Shown one piece after another: positions 11,187-22,498 of a stretch of DNA of 23,183 nt. The notes below the pieces were generated by a model, which saw only the letters and a program-made list of their open reading frames with translations, ran no database searches and was not told the origin of the DNA. The DNA is taken from contig NW_014577061.1 of the NCBI RefSeq assembly GCF_000485595.1, forward strand, positions 782,728-805,910, read 5' to 3'. Position 1 is the first letter of the stretch. Each line of letters opens with the position of its first letter. The stretch is from Priapulus caudatus. Its lineage: Eukaryota. The position numbers were made by a program, and so were the translations under genes.

Positions 11187-12026
11187 ATGTCAGATGCGGC
11201 ATTTCCTCACCGAGACACTGCCATGCACATGATAGCACACACGGCAGATCTGCAATGGCAGTGTAATATGTGTGCTGCAGCTTTTCCTTTGAGTACCAAC
11301 TTAAAGGATCACATTTTAACTCACACGGGAGAAAAGCCATGCCAGTGTGATTTATGCGCTGCAGCTTTTGCTGTGAGAACAAATGTAAAAGAACAAGTCA
11401 TGAGACCTCAGAGTACACAACAACCAACTCAACAACCAACTCCGCCAAGTCAACCAAGTCAACCAAGTCAACCAAGTCAGCCAACGCAAGGAAAGACGTA
11501 CAAGTGCAACCGGTGCGCTGCGAGCCTTCCTTCAAAAGCTGCCTTGAAAGATCACCAGAAAACTCACAGTGGTGAAAAGCCATGGCGCTGTAGTATTTGT
11601 TCTGCTGCCTTTCCATTTAGCTCCAGCCTGAAGAAGCACATTGTTATTCACACAGGCGAGAAGCCACACAAGTGCGAGCATTGCACAATGACGTTCTGCC
11701 AACGATCACAGCTGAAGTCGCACATGACTACTCACACGGGTGAGAAACCTTACAGGTGCGATCTGTGTAGCGCAGGCTTTGCTCGCTTGTGCAACATGAT
11801 GAGGCACAAGAGAACCCACTCTGAAAAGAAGCCCCACGTCTGTGCACTCTGCAACGTTGGTTTCCGTGAAAAGTCGCAACTAAAGTCCCATATGAGGACT
11901 CATACAGGAGAGAAGCCTCATAGGTGTAATGTTTGCAACTCGGCATTTGCAAATAAAGGGAACATGAAAAGGCATGTAAAGACACACACTGGTGAAAAAC
12001 AGTATAAGTACAATTCCATCATCTAA
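11187..12026 (+). CDS. Tandem C2H2 (Kruppel-type) zinc-finger protein, 279 aa
   Basis: Seven intact CX2C-X12-HX3H fingers, mostly with TGEKP-type linkers, one His-less finger, and a QPT/QPS repeat linker (CAACCAAGT repeats, ~11418-11485). In-frame stop upstream at 11139; an upstream exon is not excluded. Confidence 0.88.
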   Translation: MSDAAFPHRDTAMHMIAHTADLQWQCNMCAAAFPLSTNLKDHILTHTGEKPCQCDLCAAAFAVRTNVKEQVMRPQSTQQPTQQPTPPSQPSQPSQPSQPTQGKTYKCNRCAASLPSKAALKDHQKTHSGEKPWRCSICSAAFPFSSSLKKHIVIHTGEKPHKCEHCTMTFCQRSQLKSHMTTHTGEKPYRCDLCSAGFARLCNMMRHKRTHSEKKPHVCALCNVGFREKSQLKSHMRTHTGEKPHRCNVCNSAFANKGNMKRHVKTHTGEKQYKYNSII

Positions 12027-12241
12027 GGAACTAAATCTCAGCAGAAGCACCCTATGTGAAATTATACATGTACTGCCAAAAACTTTAGGCACAGCAATGT
12101 GAATACTGTTGAGACAGAAATAGTTAAACGACTGGTTGCGAAGTTTAGCAGGAAGAAACTACACTGTGACTCGTGAGATAATGTACCATTAACTTTACCT
12201 GAAGCATGTGAACCACATTCAGAGTGAAATCATTGTTTAAA

Positions 12242-12912
12242 AGGCATACTAGGCCCATTGATTATGCAATGTTGACGAATGCTAGAGTAACTGGCACCTT
12301 GTATAGTTAATAAGTACATAACCTTATAGCCAAACGCGTATTAGTTTGTCCAATATCACCGCTGGTTACATTACAAGCAAGACTTGAAATCAGTTGTTGA
12401 TATTCATTTACGAGCCGTAAATGTCATCCAGGAGTCGAGCAATAACGTAAACATTTGTGCGGCCCATATGTTTTGGACGCCAGATGAAATGGAGGTGTCA
12501 GCGGTGTAATCACGCCCACGGAGTAAACATGGAAATGGAGTAAAACACGCGTACTAATCACGGACGTGCATGGACAGCCCTGACAAAAAGTTCCTTATCA
12601 TATTTATCATTAATCATTCCTTATCACGAGCGTCCGTGTTTACGAAATCACTGATGGTAGCATTGCGTATGGCCGAGCATGCGTGCGAAAATGTCCAGTA
12701 GCTATAAATCTGTATCACACCCTCTTTGCCGGCAGCGGTTTGAAACTGTACACAACTGATTTCTTGGACTGCGGATTTCAATTATACATTTCTTAGTAAC
12801 CAGCAGTGATATTGGACAAACTAATACGCGTTTGGATGTAAGGTTATGTACACAAGGTGCCAGTTACTCTAGCATTCGTCAACATTGCATAATCAATGGG
12901 CCTAGTATGTCT
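12242..12912. mobile_element. Kolobok-like non-autonomous DNA transposon with ~120-130 bp TIRs
   Basis: Near-perfect TIRs AGrCATACTAGGCCCATTGATTATGCAATGTTGACGAATGCTAGAGTAACTGGCACCTTGT...CCAAACGCGTATTAGTTTGTCCAATATCAC (12242-12369 / 12797-12912); AG...CT termini with TTAA at 12237-12240 (one extra A) and 12913-12916. Confidence 0.85.
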
Positions 12913-13687
12913 TTAAGGTTTGTGCATAGTTCGTTTAAAACATACAGTAACATTGATGGTTATAGCCTCTTTTTAGATATTGAATACTTTTTCATGAATA
13001 TTGATAGTTAATTTTAGTTTTTTTCTCGAAGGAAAATCATGATGATGAGAATTTTACGTTTAGTTATTGTTTGTGGAACTAGAATATTACAGCCTATGTC
13101 ATGTTTGAAATGTACTTGGAAGTGTTTGTTCATGTTGCAACTTGAGGTCTATGATCCTGTAAAATTGAATTAGCCCAAAGATCCATGGGTATACATACAG
13201 TTTAGTTATTTATAGCAGTGGAAACCTGTGAATACAGATTGATTTGTCTTAAAACACATTACTAGCCTTCTATGCATGCCTGTAGCGTTAACACAATCCC
13301 TTTGCTGGCATGTTGGAGACAAGAGAATTGAAAGTAATGTAAGGTATTGTTTTTGAATTTCCATGTACGCACTAAGTGCAGATGTAAATGCATTAAGTGA
13401 CGTTTTAATCATTTCAGGCGTAATAACACAAGTGGTGTTTTTATTGAAGTCAATGTTTTTGAATGTTAGTGCAGCTAGTATGAAAGAGATTTACGTTATT
13501 AGGAATAGACAAAAATCTGCATAAGGTTTGTAAAAGTTATGTCTCCTTATGACATGATGAACTTTGAATGGTTATGGTGGCTCATATGTAATATCGGGTA
13601 ATTCTACATAATATCAAGGTCATAGAAATAACCAGTAATTTTTAAGATGCTTAGATTTATTGTAGGTCTTCTGATGGGGGACTTACA

Positions 13688-14322
13688 GATACACTCAAGC
13701 TTTTACACGGGTATTGCTCTAATGAAGAGTAAACGTTTATTGACGAATGAATTGAATCGATCACACGTTTTATTCATAGATGAGGTGTAATTCTATACTC
13801 GAGCCAAAAAATTCATGAAATTTCCTGCACCTAATTGTGTGACAAGTTGACAACACAAATTTTGGTTTTTCATGTAAAAATGGTATTTTGGATATTTCTC
13901 AATTACCACAAAGAGTGAGAAAGTAAGACTTTTGACACAATTAAGAACAGTATGAACCAAAAAAGCACCTCAGGATTTTTCTGTAAGTTTCGATATGTAA
14001 CGAAGTGTAAATGCTATTTGCAACCGCGTGGCAATTTCAATTATCACTGGCAGGTGACAGCTGTAGAAGGGGTTGATGCTGATGGATACTGGCATAGTGA
14101 ATACCGTGAAAAGGCTAGTTGTATCATGTCTGATGTCTTCAGTGATATCAGCCATGGCTCACTACACATGTACGTGGGCAATCAAAACTCTGAATGTTTA
14201 CTTGCATAGCTATATCCATGGAGACATTAGTATGTACAGAGGTAGCATCTAGTGTTAGCCATCAAATAAAAATGAAAATGAAAAATTGATAAAATTTTGT
14301 ATAAAAGCTTGAGTGTATCCCC
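13688..14322. mobile_element. MITE with 18-bp TIRs, possibly Kolobok-like
   Basis: Perfect inverted repeat GATACACTCAAGCTTTTA at 13688-13705 and 14302-14319; right end CCCC followed by TTAT; TSD decayed. Confidence 0.65.
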
Positions 14323-16012
14323 TTATTCATGTTATTGTTTCATGTAATCTGTTTTGATCTATTGAAATGTTTCCATTGTCCATGCAGTTGGGATGAATGG
14401 TACAGGTACCACAGCACTTTGACTCTTAATTGATGCAGTGCGTTAGAACTTTAAGTAAACAATCACTGAGCTTGGTATTTAATTAACAGTGTTCTGGCTC
14501 ATTTTTACCTCTAACCAAATTGCAATTTGATGAGATCGCAAAAAAAAACTGCTGACTGGGGTTTCCACTGGAGCAAAGGGAGATTATGCTAAAAATGAAG
14601 GAAGCTGGTTATGGAAAGAGGTGTTTTAGCTATGAGCTTGTGGGTACTGAGTAGGTCATTAATTTGTGCGTGGCATAACTGGAAAGGTTAGAAGCAATAG
14701 GGCACAATCTTAATCTCTAGAATTTCCTGTCCTGCTGCATTGTTGAATCGATATGGGTATGAGGTGTCATCGGTACTGCTTTCAAATGGCCTTGCTATGT
14801 GGCTTAAAACGAATGTACTGTGCTGTATTCAGCTGGATCTGGAGTATTGTGTGAAGCCAATGTTATGCAATTTCCCTCAAAATTGCTATAAAATTCGTTA
14901 CACCAATAGCATGTCAAACTTGTAGCTTTTCTCAAAACGTGTCTCTTGGTATATTTGAAACCTGGTGTTGTGAATTTTAAGTCTTTAAATCTCCTTTCTA
15001 ACAAATATTGCAGCGTGCACCCTTTCCTAGTTAAAATGCAAGACATGGCCCAATTATATTACTAATTAATGTGAGTGTATATGACATATCATATGATTGA
15101 AATTAGCTAGCTATTAGAAATCCATACGTTCTGACACGTTCTGTGTAGGTATGTGGTAAAACATAGTCGCTTAGTATGATATATATATAAATAAATATCT
15201 ATCTATATATATATATAGCCTCAATAAAAAAAGTAAGCAGAGGCACTTGGTAGTCAGTGATGTGGATGCAACATGCATTCCTTAATAGTGTTATTAAAAG
15301 GCATTGTGACTATACATCGATTCTCTAACATGTAGATAATCGTTGCTTTTGCGACGCCAGTACTGACCTCACACGTAAAAACCTAAGAAATGTTATTGTG
15401 ACATTCACACGTTCTTGTGGTAAAGGGGATATCACTCTGTAGCTGGAGAGCTAGTGAATTTAGTATTTCTTGTATTGAATAAATTAAATAATTACGGTAG
15501 CCGGTTTGTCGGTTATATTGTCGGTTTATGTGTAATTTTTCAGCGTAAAGCAGTGTTTTGCTACGGGCAGGTTTCATTTCGCGCGTCAACTGGTGGATGT
15601 TTATGCACATGATCCATATTATCAAGAGCATATAAATCCTTCATATAAGGGTTTGTATGCTCTTGACATTATAGAATAACGCAAGTTATAAGGCCAGTGT
15701 AAGAAAACGTGTAAACTATTGTTAGACGTCCATATTTGTTTTTGCAGGCTGTTTAGCCACTGGCAAAATTTAAAGGTTTTTTTCATGGTTGTCCAAATCA
15801 CATTTGACGTAGTCACTGTTCTTGAATGTAACGTCGTTTACGTAATCATATTTTTAGCATTGTACTTTCTGTGCATTTGTACTGTGCTTCGCAAATAAAT
15901 GAAATTGCCTCTCTTCTACTAACTTAAAACGGTTGTTTTGAAGCAAGTAAATGGTTGATGGTACTTTCTACACAGGTGGCGAGGTTACAAAGTTATGTAC
16001 GACGTACCCCAA

Positions 16013-17252
16013 TTTTTAGCTCATCTGACATAGTCAGATGCAGCTTGTAGAATCGCATGATCGTCCGTCTGTGCGAGCGTCCGTCCGTCCGTCCGTCCGT
16101 CAACAGTTGGGCACAAATCTAAACGGCTCGACGTACGGTCACGATATTCGGGACGTGGGGGGGTAATCCGAAAACGAGTTGGGATGTCGAAGCTGGGGGT
16201 CAAAGGTCAAAGGTCAAGAGGTGTAAAAGAAGGGGAACATTCACTCCTTAACTTAAGGTATAGGGAGGAAATGCAGAATTGCGGCACAAATCTAAACGGC
16301 TCGACCTAGGCTCGTGATAGTCGGTGTATAGCATCATGGTAGGAAAAGCCATCACTGTGCCGAAATTGGAGGTCACAGGTCAAAGGTCAATGGGCACAGG
16401 GCAGATTTTAGACATTTTCTGAGGACATGGTCTGACGGAGCGATTGAAAAACTTTTTTGTTTCAGCGGTGACCTAGCATTTTTATGGCTGTATTGAAAGG
16501 ACCATGAAATGTACCTTCTGCTGACATGCGAAGAGTAAGTGTCGGATAACCTTTTGACCCTCAAAGAGAGGGGTTAAACATGGATTCTGTGTTACTGTCT
16601 GTGTAGGAAATGAATTTGGAGCTGGCCGGGTTTGCTAGTAGAAATCTATACACTGCCTGGATGTATGAGGGCTACAAATGCTCACAGTGAAACTTTCAAA
16701 AGCTAATTTGGGTGAAAGTAGGTTTATGCTCCTTAAATTCGTGATAATTTCTATGGGCAATCGGTAGCTGTCAGTATGTATCATGTAACGTATGCCACTG
16801 CGCATGCGCAGTGCTAGTCAGTGCATGTGGTGGTGGTTACTGTGTAGTTTTTTGCTGCGTTAATATGGTTCACGGTGGCAAGCCTCTCTAATTGCAGCCT
16901 GTAGGCTTGTGTAAGGTAAATGGCTGAGTTGCTTACTATTCTGTCCCTTGCAAATAGTTTGGTGGCTACTACGTACGGTAGTGGGAGCTTCCATCTTAAT
17001 CTGAAGACACTGTATCAACGGGTACTGCGCCATCTCGTGGGCAACTTTCATAACGATCGCCAACGAACATTGCGCTTTGCAGAAGGTGTCTGATACGCAT
17101 CCTGTGGCTATCTCCACTGTGTTCGGCATGTATCGGATGTATGTGAACACATTTGGGACTAACGAGGGTTTACTAGAATCCCACACTCGACCACGAGTGG
17201 CACCGCAGTAGAGCGTTAGATGAGCGCTGTCCGCTCCGGTCGGCATCTTGTT
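16013..17252 (+). mobile_element. Non-autonomous Helentron (HINE/DINE-1-type) element
   Basis: 5' TTTTTAGCTCATCTGAC-ATA-GTCAGATG hairpin, (GTCC)n microsatellite, two ~173-bp-spaced internal units starting GGCACAAATCTAAACGGCTCGAC (16110, 16283) with GGTCAAAGGTCA, 3' subterminal inverted repeat AGATGAGC, short imperfect hairpin and CTTGTT end. Confidence 0.8.
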
Positions 17253-17335
17253 GCTACTTGCTTTTGCCCTACTTTTCGCGTACCACTGTTTAGTATGGGA
17301 GTGCGCCCCCCCCTTGCTTTCGCCACATCGAACAG

Positions 17336-17883
17336 CGGGGCCGGATTCAGACCGTATTTGCCGTATTGGGAACTAGCGGTCCTAGAGTTGTCAAAGTGCC
17401 CTTCCGAAATTTAGCAGAAATAAAAAATACAGAAAACAATTTGATGGAATTCTGGCTATATTCATATCTTTATTTGTTTTCGTTTTTCTTCTGTCATGTG
17501 ACAGGGCTTGCAGGAAATCAAACAATTTTACATGGTAAGCAAACTAGCTTTGATATCTGAAAAAAGAATGGACGCTGCTTGCATCAGTCTGCACTTAATT
17601 GCTGGTGATGCAAACGCCAGGCAGCAATGAAGCGACAGTAAATGTCCATATGGTTTTTAGCGATTGCTGGCTTGGACGAAGACGTGTGCTCAAATGGTGG
17701 CTCATTTTTGTGGGCCCAGGTACCCTTGAAATTTTAAAAATTTCCTGGAGGTGCCCAGACCGCGCCCGCATGTGCTTCGCCGCCTCACGGCGCTCACTGT
17801 GGGGTGGTGTGCCGCTTTTTGGGGATTGTGAGGCCTAAAAATCTGGGAAAAATAGCTGTAGCTCAGCCCTGGATTCCGCCCTG
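17336..17883. mobile_element. Possible decayed MITE (hAT/Harbinger-like ends)
   Basis: CGGGGCCGGATTCAG vs reverse complement of the right end CAGGGCGGAATCCAG (11/15 match); only ACAG shared as flank. Confidence 0.3.
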
Positions 17884-18026
17884 ACAGGTTGTAACTCTTT
17901 CAGAGCCAATTAGTGACACTTGCTGTATGTGTTACACTGTCTGCGCAGTCAACATAAAGCCGTCTTATAATATAGTAATATACAGTTATATATTATATAT
18001 GTATATATATAGATAATATATATATA

Positions 18027-18226
18027 TAATTCGGGTTTGTAGATGTCCATGTGAAATGTAAAAAACATAGATCTTAAAATAAGGGTGTTTATTATGAACA
18101 GCATATTTCATTGGCNNNNNNNNNNTAATTCAGTTTTGTAATTCGGGTTTGTAGAGTCAATGTGAAATGTAAAAAACATAGATCTTAAAATAAGGGTGTT
18201 TATTATGAACAGCATATTTCATTGGC
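18027..18226. other. 10-N gap flanked by an ~88-bp near-identical duplication; probable assembly artefact (unmerged contig/haplotype overlap)
   Basis: 18027-18115 is repeated at 18139-18226 with two small differences; Ns at 18116-18125. Confidence 0.8.
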
Positions 18227-19227
18227 CTGCATATCAGGCGATATAGACCAAGCTAGGTGCTAGTTTAGGTGTGTCGTGGATTGCGGCAATCCAAAAACTG
18301 CTGGCCCATTAACCTGACTTAATTTAAGCGATGTAATTTTCTTTAATGCGAGTATTTCCTCCTTACAGTACAGCAGTCACCAGACACTACGAATTGGCTG
18401 TGTTTGATTTATGTATCCTGGTATGGGCGGGTGCGGCGTATGCATTAAAGCGGAATTAGGGTTAGCACCTAGCAGGGTTGTAGCTAACTCCCTACCTGGG
18501 GGCAAAGCCGCGCGCGGTTTGTGTTCTAGACAGCTGACCGAAAGCAGTTCACCGGGTCTACACTGACCATGAAATAGTATCCACATTGGTCAGGGAGGTA
18601 AGTGTACGCTTGCACCCCCCCCCCACACTTCGCAACCCGTGGCCCTGGCCAGTATCCGTAATTCGTTGCTCCTACGGGTGAAATAGTATTAGCGATGAAA
18701 AAACACTAATGAACCGCTGTTTACTGTGTACTGCTGTGTAGTAAACGGTTGAGTCCCAGGAATAAGACATTTGCAAAGACCGCATAAATTGTAACCGCAG
18801 CCTGAACTAATTTCGTTACATCAATGTGTAATGACGGGGGGGGGGGATACTTTTTATGGCTTGAAGAAATAAAGCACACGCATACTAAGATTAGACTGAA
18901 CGGAGAAATTTATTAAATTTGTTTTATGGTTATTTTCATTTATTTGACCGTTTTTCTCTAAACCCTATGGTGGCAACTATACCCAGAAGCTACGGCCCTA
19001 CGACCCTGACCCATATCATGGATTATATTGCGATCTGTCAATTGTTCAAAATGTTTTGTGTGTAACACTTAGCGTGGATATAACAATTACATATAAAATA
19101 TTTAACAATAAATCACTTCATAGAAAAATGTATGTCACAATTATACATTTTTATGAGAGGGTTATGTAGAAAGCAGATGTATCGCAATCTCGCTACTTCG
19201 ATGTGGCGGCAATACCTTAGGTCCTTG

Positions 19228-19321
19228 TTATACTAATGTATGTATATAGATAGGATATGTTATACTATGTATGTATATAGATAGGATATGTTATACTATG
19301 ACATGTATGTGTATAGATAGG
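19228..19321. repeat. ~31-bp AT-rich tandem repeat x3
   Basis: Unit TTATACTATGTATGTATATAGATAGGATATG. Confidence 0.85.
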
Positions 19322-19550
19322 CAGGGGCGGATCCAGGATTTTTGAAAAGGGTGTGTCCAGGAAGAAATAAAGGGCACCTTTTCCTGCTTACTTTTTCTGG
19401 TGTTTTAAAAAGCTGCCGAAGGCCACTTAGGGGGGGTTTGGGGGATAAAAAAAAATTGGTGCATTCTGAGAGCATCTGAGCAGTAATTTTGATGTCTAGA
19501 ATGCAAAAATTCATCAGATCCGGTCCCCCGGACGCCTGCGGACCCCTCTT
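19322..19550 (+). mobile_element. One-ended MITE fragment starting CAGGGGCGGATCCAGGATTTT
   Basis: Terminus resembles a common animal MITE TIR type (hAT/Harbinger-like); no matching opposite end found. Confidence 0.4.
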
Positions 19551-19699
19551 TGCCCTTTTCTAGGTTTTTATAACGAATTTACATATATATAAGTAAATCT
19601 TTATCAGAAAAACTAGCGCTAAACAAGATTTTTTTATGGCGACAATATAAGAGAAGTGTGTGTGTGTGAAATATAAATTTTAATACAAATATAAATTTT

Positions 19700-19990
19700 A
19701 ATACAAATATAAATTTCATGACAATCGGGTAAAAAGTGCAGAAGTTACAGGTTCTAGAATATTTCGACAAAAAATGTTGTTACCATTGCAACGATAACTC
19801 CGTCCACACCAAAAACGATTGGCGTCTTCGCTTTACGATAACGCACCTACATGCGAAATTTGAAGATGATCCGAGAAGAACTGCAGCCGGTCGAGCGTTC
19901 ACAAGGAAATCTCTGCGGCGGCGGCGGCGGCGGCGGCGCGACGATGCCAAACCTATAGTATCCCCACGAACTTCGTTCGGGGGATACAAT
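19700..19990 (-). mobile_element. Second Helentron-type non-autonomous element, 5' part, different family
   Basis: Minus strand reads TTGTATCCCC-CGAACGAAGTTCG-TGGGGATAC (hairpin), then a (CCG)n microsatellite and TTTCCTTGTGAACGC...ATCTTCAAATTT core. May extend to AACTAG at ~19611. Confidence 0.65.
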
Positions 19991-20104
19991 TAAGCATGCA
20001 TCTCTTTGCTGCATTGGTATAGTAGCTGACACCAAAGATGAACATACACTAGTACTAAAATTGGCATATATATATACAACATGATATATATTCTTCTACT
20101 TTAG

Positions 20105-20215
20105 GTAATGTACTTCACTGCTACGTTTCCGTACATGGTCCTGATCATATTCTGTGGCCGTGCCCTCACCTTACCTGGAGCAGGAATCGGACTATCCTAC
20201 TTGTTCACACCGGAT
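20105..20215 (+). CDS. SLC6 sodium-dependent neutral amino acid transporter (SLC6A15-20-like), internal exon (TM5)
   Basis: Acceptor TTCTTCTACTTTAG|, 111 nt: [37 protein letters not shown], donor |GTGAGT; phase 0-0. Confidence 0.93.
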
Positions 20216-20518
20216 GTGAGTACATGCCGAGAGACGTATTCTATTTCTTTCTTGTTTTAGCACCTCCCTATCTCACTACTCCACTCGTTTCATCACTGTA
20301 TTCCCACTCGAAACCGTAATTAGTCCTAAAAATGTTTAATAGTCGGCCGTGTAGGGGCAGTGACAGGGCAGAAGGGTATTCCCAGTAATGTCAGCGGTAG
20401 GGTGTATTAACGGATGAAGATACTTCGGTAAGATACCTATAAGCTTTCGAGTAGTCATACTTCAGTCAATATTGAGTTTCAGAACACTTCACTGGGGAAC
20501 GAAACGTCGGGTTAAACC

Positions 20519-20905
20519 GTGCGTGTACGTGCAGACGCCCGCACGCCCGCACGCCCGCACGTGTACGTGCACACGCACGCACGCCCGCACGTGTACGTGC
20601 ACACGCACGCACGCACGCACGTGTGTGTGCGTACACACGTACGCACGCATGTGTACGTGCACACGCACGGACGCACGGACGCACGCACGTGTACGTACAC
20701 ACGCACGCAAACACGTGTACATGCACACACACGCACGTACATGTACGTGCACACGCACGCACGCACGTGTATGTGCACACGAACGCACGCACGCACGTGT
20801 ACGTGCACACGCACGCACGCAAGCACGTGTACGTGCACACGCACGCACGCACGAACGTGTACGTGTATGTGCACACGCACGCACGCACGTGTACGTGCAC
20901 ACGCG
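20519..20905. repeat. ~30-bp-unit CpG-rich minisatellite of almost strictly alternating purine/pyrimidine
   Basis: Unit ACGCmCGCACGTGTACGTGCACACGCACGC (20551-20580 equals 20581-20610); ORFs across it are spurious. Confidence 0.93.
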
Positions 20906-21963
20906 AAGACTGTAGCATTTCAACAGCACAGATGCATGCGTATGTGTACTGTACGGTCGAAATACGAAATATTTTGTCACAAAAGACTTGGCCCGGAAGA
21001 ATTCGTAGCAAAGTTCGCGCATGCGCAGACTGTAACTACGAACTGGCTTATTCGAAGACTGCTATGATGCTGATGTTCATTATAGGGAACCCAGAGCTCT
21101 TTGCGTCATCGGGCGGTTTGCACAGGCTGCTACCCTGTGAAAAAATACTAAAGTAAATTATTTTACCAAGAGCTAGTCCATAATAGAAAATATACTAGAT
21201 TATAATAGACATACCCTGAGAACCTATATAGCGACTACCATAGGCTTGTAATTAAATCTTCATATAATTATATATACAAAGTAAGCAGCATATGATCGTA
21301 TTACATATTACGAGTATATCAGGAGTAATTAATCTTGTGAGAGATTTGAGAAATGATTGAAATTAAATTGCATGATTTGAAGAATTTATCATGTGAGATT
21401 ACGTACTCCGGCGTATGTGAATTTGTTGAATCCACTTCGGATAACCAGTAGGCTGTTGTATCAGATGTTGCGGGTGCACGTATCTCAGAGGGTACGTGAG
21501 AGGTTATAATTAATTATGCTAATTAATTGCAGCCTCTGGTGGCGACAGGCAGATTAGACTGCACACAGTTATAGTTGTAACAGTCATTTTCAGGAAGATA
21601 GAGATATAAGTCGCACTATATAGCTAGCTGCAGCAAGAAATACAGGGGTCAAAGAGTTAGTGCAAAGTCGGTGATATCTATAAGCAAGGAAGCACATTTC
21701 CCGCTTCACACGTATATGCGACATATGCTGGCTATTCTTGTATGTACAGAACCTGCATGCTTGTGTGCCTTTGACGAAGTACGCTTAACTTATGTCGAGA
21801 AATGCATTGAAGTGCGAGGTCTCGAAGGGAGGCTAACGAAAGTGCACCCCGACTTTGCAGTTGCTCGTGATAACAGTTAGGGGCCTACACGGGCGGGAGC
21901 ACGGGTGGCGGGCGTGAATCTCTATAATGGTTGGTGGCCCCGTCCACCGCTGCCCACCGAGGG

Positions 21964-22341
21964 CACGGCCACTGGCACTATATTGGAACGTTTTAATAAT
22001 AAAATGATGGTAAATAAACACGAAATGTATTTACTACCAAAGTATTAATGTTTCTCTACTCTCTTTCACCTATTATTGCCGATAATTGTGACACATGCAT
22101 GAGTACACCGTAGACACGCCGCTGTGCACAAACAACAAAACTATAGAGTTGAATTAAAACAACAAAACTATAATTTTGCTGTTGTTGCAGAGGAGCACTT
22201 GAACGGCATTTTCAGGAAATTATTGGTAATAATAAGCAAAAGATAGTAGAGAAACATTGACTTTGGTAGTACATTTCGTGTTTATTTACCATAATTTTAT
22301 TATTGAAACGTTCTAAGCTAGTGCCTGTGGGAATGGCCGTG
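21964..22341. repeat. Long inverted repeat (foldback/MITE remnant), ~125-bp arms with ~130-bp spacer
   Basis: Arms ~21964-22087 and ~22218-22341; core 21985-22029 matches the reverse complement of 22270-22314 at 42/45 positions. Confidence 0.85.
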
Positions 22342-22498
22342 TGCTTCCTCTTTTTCGTTCTGCTCTCATCTCTATCTCCCTCTCTCACCATCACGCTCTT
22401 TTAGTCTTTTTCTCCTTCTCTTATTCCAATCATTACCTTTGCTTCGGACACAATCAATGCGTGGTGTTTTTTCGTGTGGCTGAGCAGGACCATAATAG

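Noticed and set aside
11107..12092. Overlapping ORFs on other frames and strand of the ZNF gene
   Set aside because: Shadow ORFs of repetitive finger-coding sequence.
14660..14692. FVRGITGK followed by GTTAGA as a candidate end of the SLC6 TM4 exon
   Set aside because: In-frame stop immediately upstream, wrong motif spacing and no TM4 sequence.
15960..17310. Acceptor-like TTTCTACACAG plus VPLFSM after the Helentron, as a disrupted SLC6 TM2 exon
   Set aside because: No AFLIPY or ELxxGQ motif; similarity too short to distinguish from chance.
18027..18226. 88-bp direct repeat as a biological duplication
   Set aside because: Flanks a 10-N placeholder gap, the usual signature of unmerged overlapping contigs.
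18369..18603. Possible exon (CCTTACAG ... GAG|GTAAGT) with QTLRIGCV*FMYPGMGGCG faintly like the SLC6 TM2-3 loop
   Set aside because: Contains stops and lacks the YYN..W TM3 motif; could only be a non-coding exon, which the sequence alone cannot support.
20466..21156. Cys/His/Arg-rich ORFs over the minisatellite
   Set aside because: Low-complexity repeat translation inside an intron.
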